Assembly (NCBI RefSeq): GCF_000142905.1
Contig: NW_013657635.1
Span: 251,966-310,545, forward strand
DNA: 58,580 bases
Source of the DNA: Thecamonas trahens ATCC 50062
Lineage: Eukaryota; Protista; Apusomonadida
Direction of reading: 5' to 3'
The notes under the pieces were generated by a model. The model was not told the origin of the DNA. It ran no database searches and worked only from the letters and a program-made list of their open reading frames with translations. The position numbers and the translations under genes are program-made. Of the stretch, positions 57,128-58,580 are shown piece after piece. Each line of letters opens with the position of its first letter. Position 1 is the stretch's first letter.

Positions 57128-57980
57128 CAACAAGTTGGGCCTGAGCCGGCGAAACTCGGATTCCGGAATACTGCAGCTATGGATTGGAGACTGTGCAAGG
57201 GGTAGTGTGGGCATGTAGTAGAGTAGTAGTGAAATCAGATTGGCCATATCTTGCAATGAGGTTGGTGGGGGGCATGTGCGGGGTCGGACGGTCGAGGACG
57301 TGCTCAACCGCCTAGGCAAAACAAGCCGACGCGGAAATGAGCCGAGGAAGATGGGTGTCGATGACAGCGATATTTGTACGGGTGATAGTGTGAGGTGAGT
57401 GATGACCAGTAGTGTGGTCGCGGGTTGTGTAGCTGGCAGTGGGAAGGAGCTGGGTGGCGGTGAAGGTGGGCTCATCGGGCGAGCGGGCGGCGGCTGGTGG
57501 CTGGTGGTCGGCGAGGCCGGGGCAGCAGAGGGGGCTGGGTCGTGGCTGGGTGGATCGAGATTGCTGTTGGTTGGACGATGCGCAGTCTGGCTTGTGATGG
57601 TTGACAAAATGGCGGTGTCGAGGTCGCGGACGAGGATGGGGTGAGTTGGAGCGCGGAGAGGACGACGATGAGGAGGAAGAGGAAGCCGAGTGCGCGGCGA
57701 GATGGTGGAGGGCATGACCATGACCTGTGGGTGGTGGTTGTGGCTAGGATGATAGTGATGGTAGTGGGGCAGGGGTTGGGGGTGGTGGTTGGTGGTGATT
57801 GGGCGTAATGAGTATGGTAGGGGAGGATGAGGGGGTCGTGACGTCGGTGACGGGACGGGCGAAGGGGTGGTGGGTATGGCGATTGGGCTTGAGCATTGAT
57901 AAAGGTGAGTATGATACGGCTGATGGGGGTCTGTGGGGTGTGGGCGAAAGGGGCGGCGGGTACTTGGCCGGCAGAGGGAA
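57128..57980. repeat. Copy 2 of a diverged ~850-bp direct repeat
   Basis: Collinear with 55681-56531 at an offset of ~1447 bp, with many substitutions and small indels. Confidence 0.85.
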
Positions 57981-58580
57981 GGCGGCGGACGTTAATTGAG
58001 TTGAACGTTGAATTAATTGAAGAAATGCCGGAACCAGCATCAAACGAGGCAATGACGTCCACAACAACAACCAAAGATCATACATGGCTTGCACAGCACA
58101 CGTATGAGTAAGCCAACAGGGACTGGACAAAGCTAGCAGGCAATGGGATGAACTCGGGTGACGTTCAGGTCGATGAAAGAAAGAACGCGGTTAATCGATC
58201 AGATCTGCAGATTCAACCATGACCCAGGACACAAACAGGGGTCAACACAAAATATATTGCATGCACAACTATTGACCATGGCCAACGACAACAAAGTTGA
58301 GAATCGATAGTGTAGTGAGCAAGGCCCGATGGTGAATGTGGAAGTCAAGGTCGATCAAAACAGGGAAGTCAAGAACAATTGAGGCATGACGAAAAATGAT
58401 ACAAAGCAACAAGAAGAACAAAGGCAATGATCGATGACGATGCATGTCAATTGTGGTCAACCATCAAAGGCAAAAGCAACCAAAGCAGAACATGAAGGCC
58501 GACAAAAGCAACAACAAAGCATGTGTCTTCTCCATACGGCAAAGAGCAAGGAACATGGATAGCCAACAAGAAAAAAAACA

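Noticed and set aside
55627-58074. Pro/Thr-rich minus-strand ORFs as mucin-like genes or a retroelement ORF
   Set aside because: Frames are not conserved between the two repeat copies, and no RT, integrase or transposase motifs are seen.
1-58580. tRNA, rRNA or snRNA genes
   Set aside because: None recognised by eye; tRNAscan-SE and Infernal would be needed to exclude them.

Overview
Gene-dense, GC-rich, intron-poor eukaryotic nuclear DNA from a flagellated protist. The codon style, FG-GAP repeat gene, Ser-Tyr tracts and gene set resemble the apusomonad Thecamonas trahens, but that is inference only. About 17 protein genes, often head-to-head: an FG-GAP repeat surface protein (partial), an EF-hand membrane protein, a MED28-like protein, a ~7 kb TPR-like/GlnD-type nucleotidyltransferase/DEP/pseudokinase/LRR gene, PIG-C, nicalin, mitochondrial bL31, STK16, a multi-EF-hand protein, an F-box/SMI1/ApaG protein, an unknown Pro/Arg-rich protein, INTS5-like, HIP1/Sla2, a C2-DH-PH-MORN GEF, PRP8, SET1, an RCC1-repeat protein, and a large TPR-array protein. 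Only two clear spliceosomal introns. About 18 single-base frame breaks split otherwise intact genes, nearly all needing one extra base at short homopolymers; these are most likely assembly errors. There are two N gaps. The best novelty candidates are (1) the gene at 49285-55624, where ~17 near-identical 126-bp TPR repeats vary combinatorially at four codons and are fused to two HEPN-like (NxxKH) modules, suggesting a diversifying sensor-RNase immune-type protein, and (2) the nucleotidyltransferase-DEP-pseudokinase-LRR chimera at 5332-12373. All homology calls are from motif recognition, not database searches.
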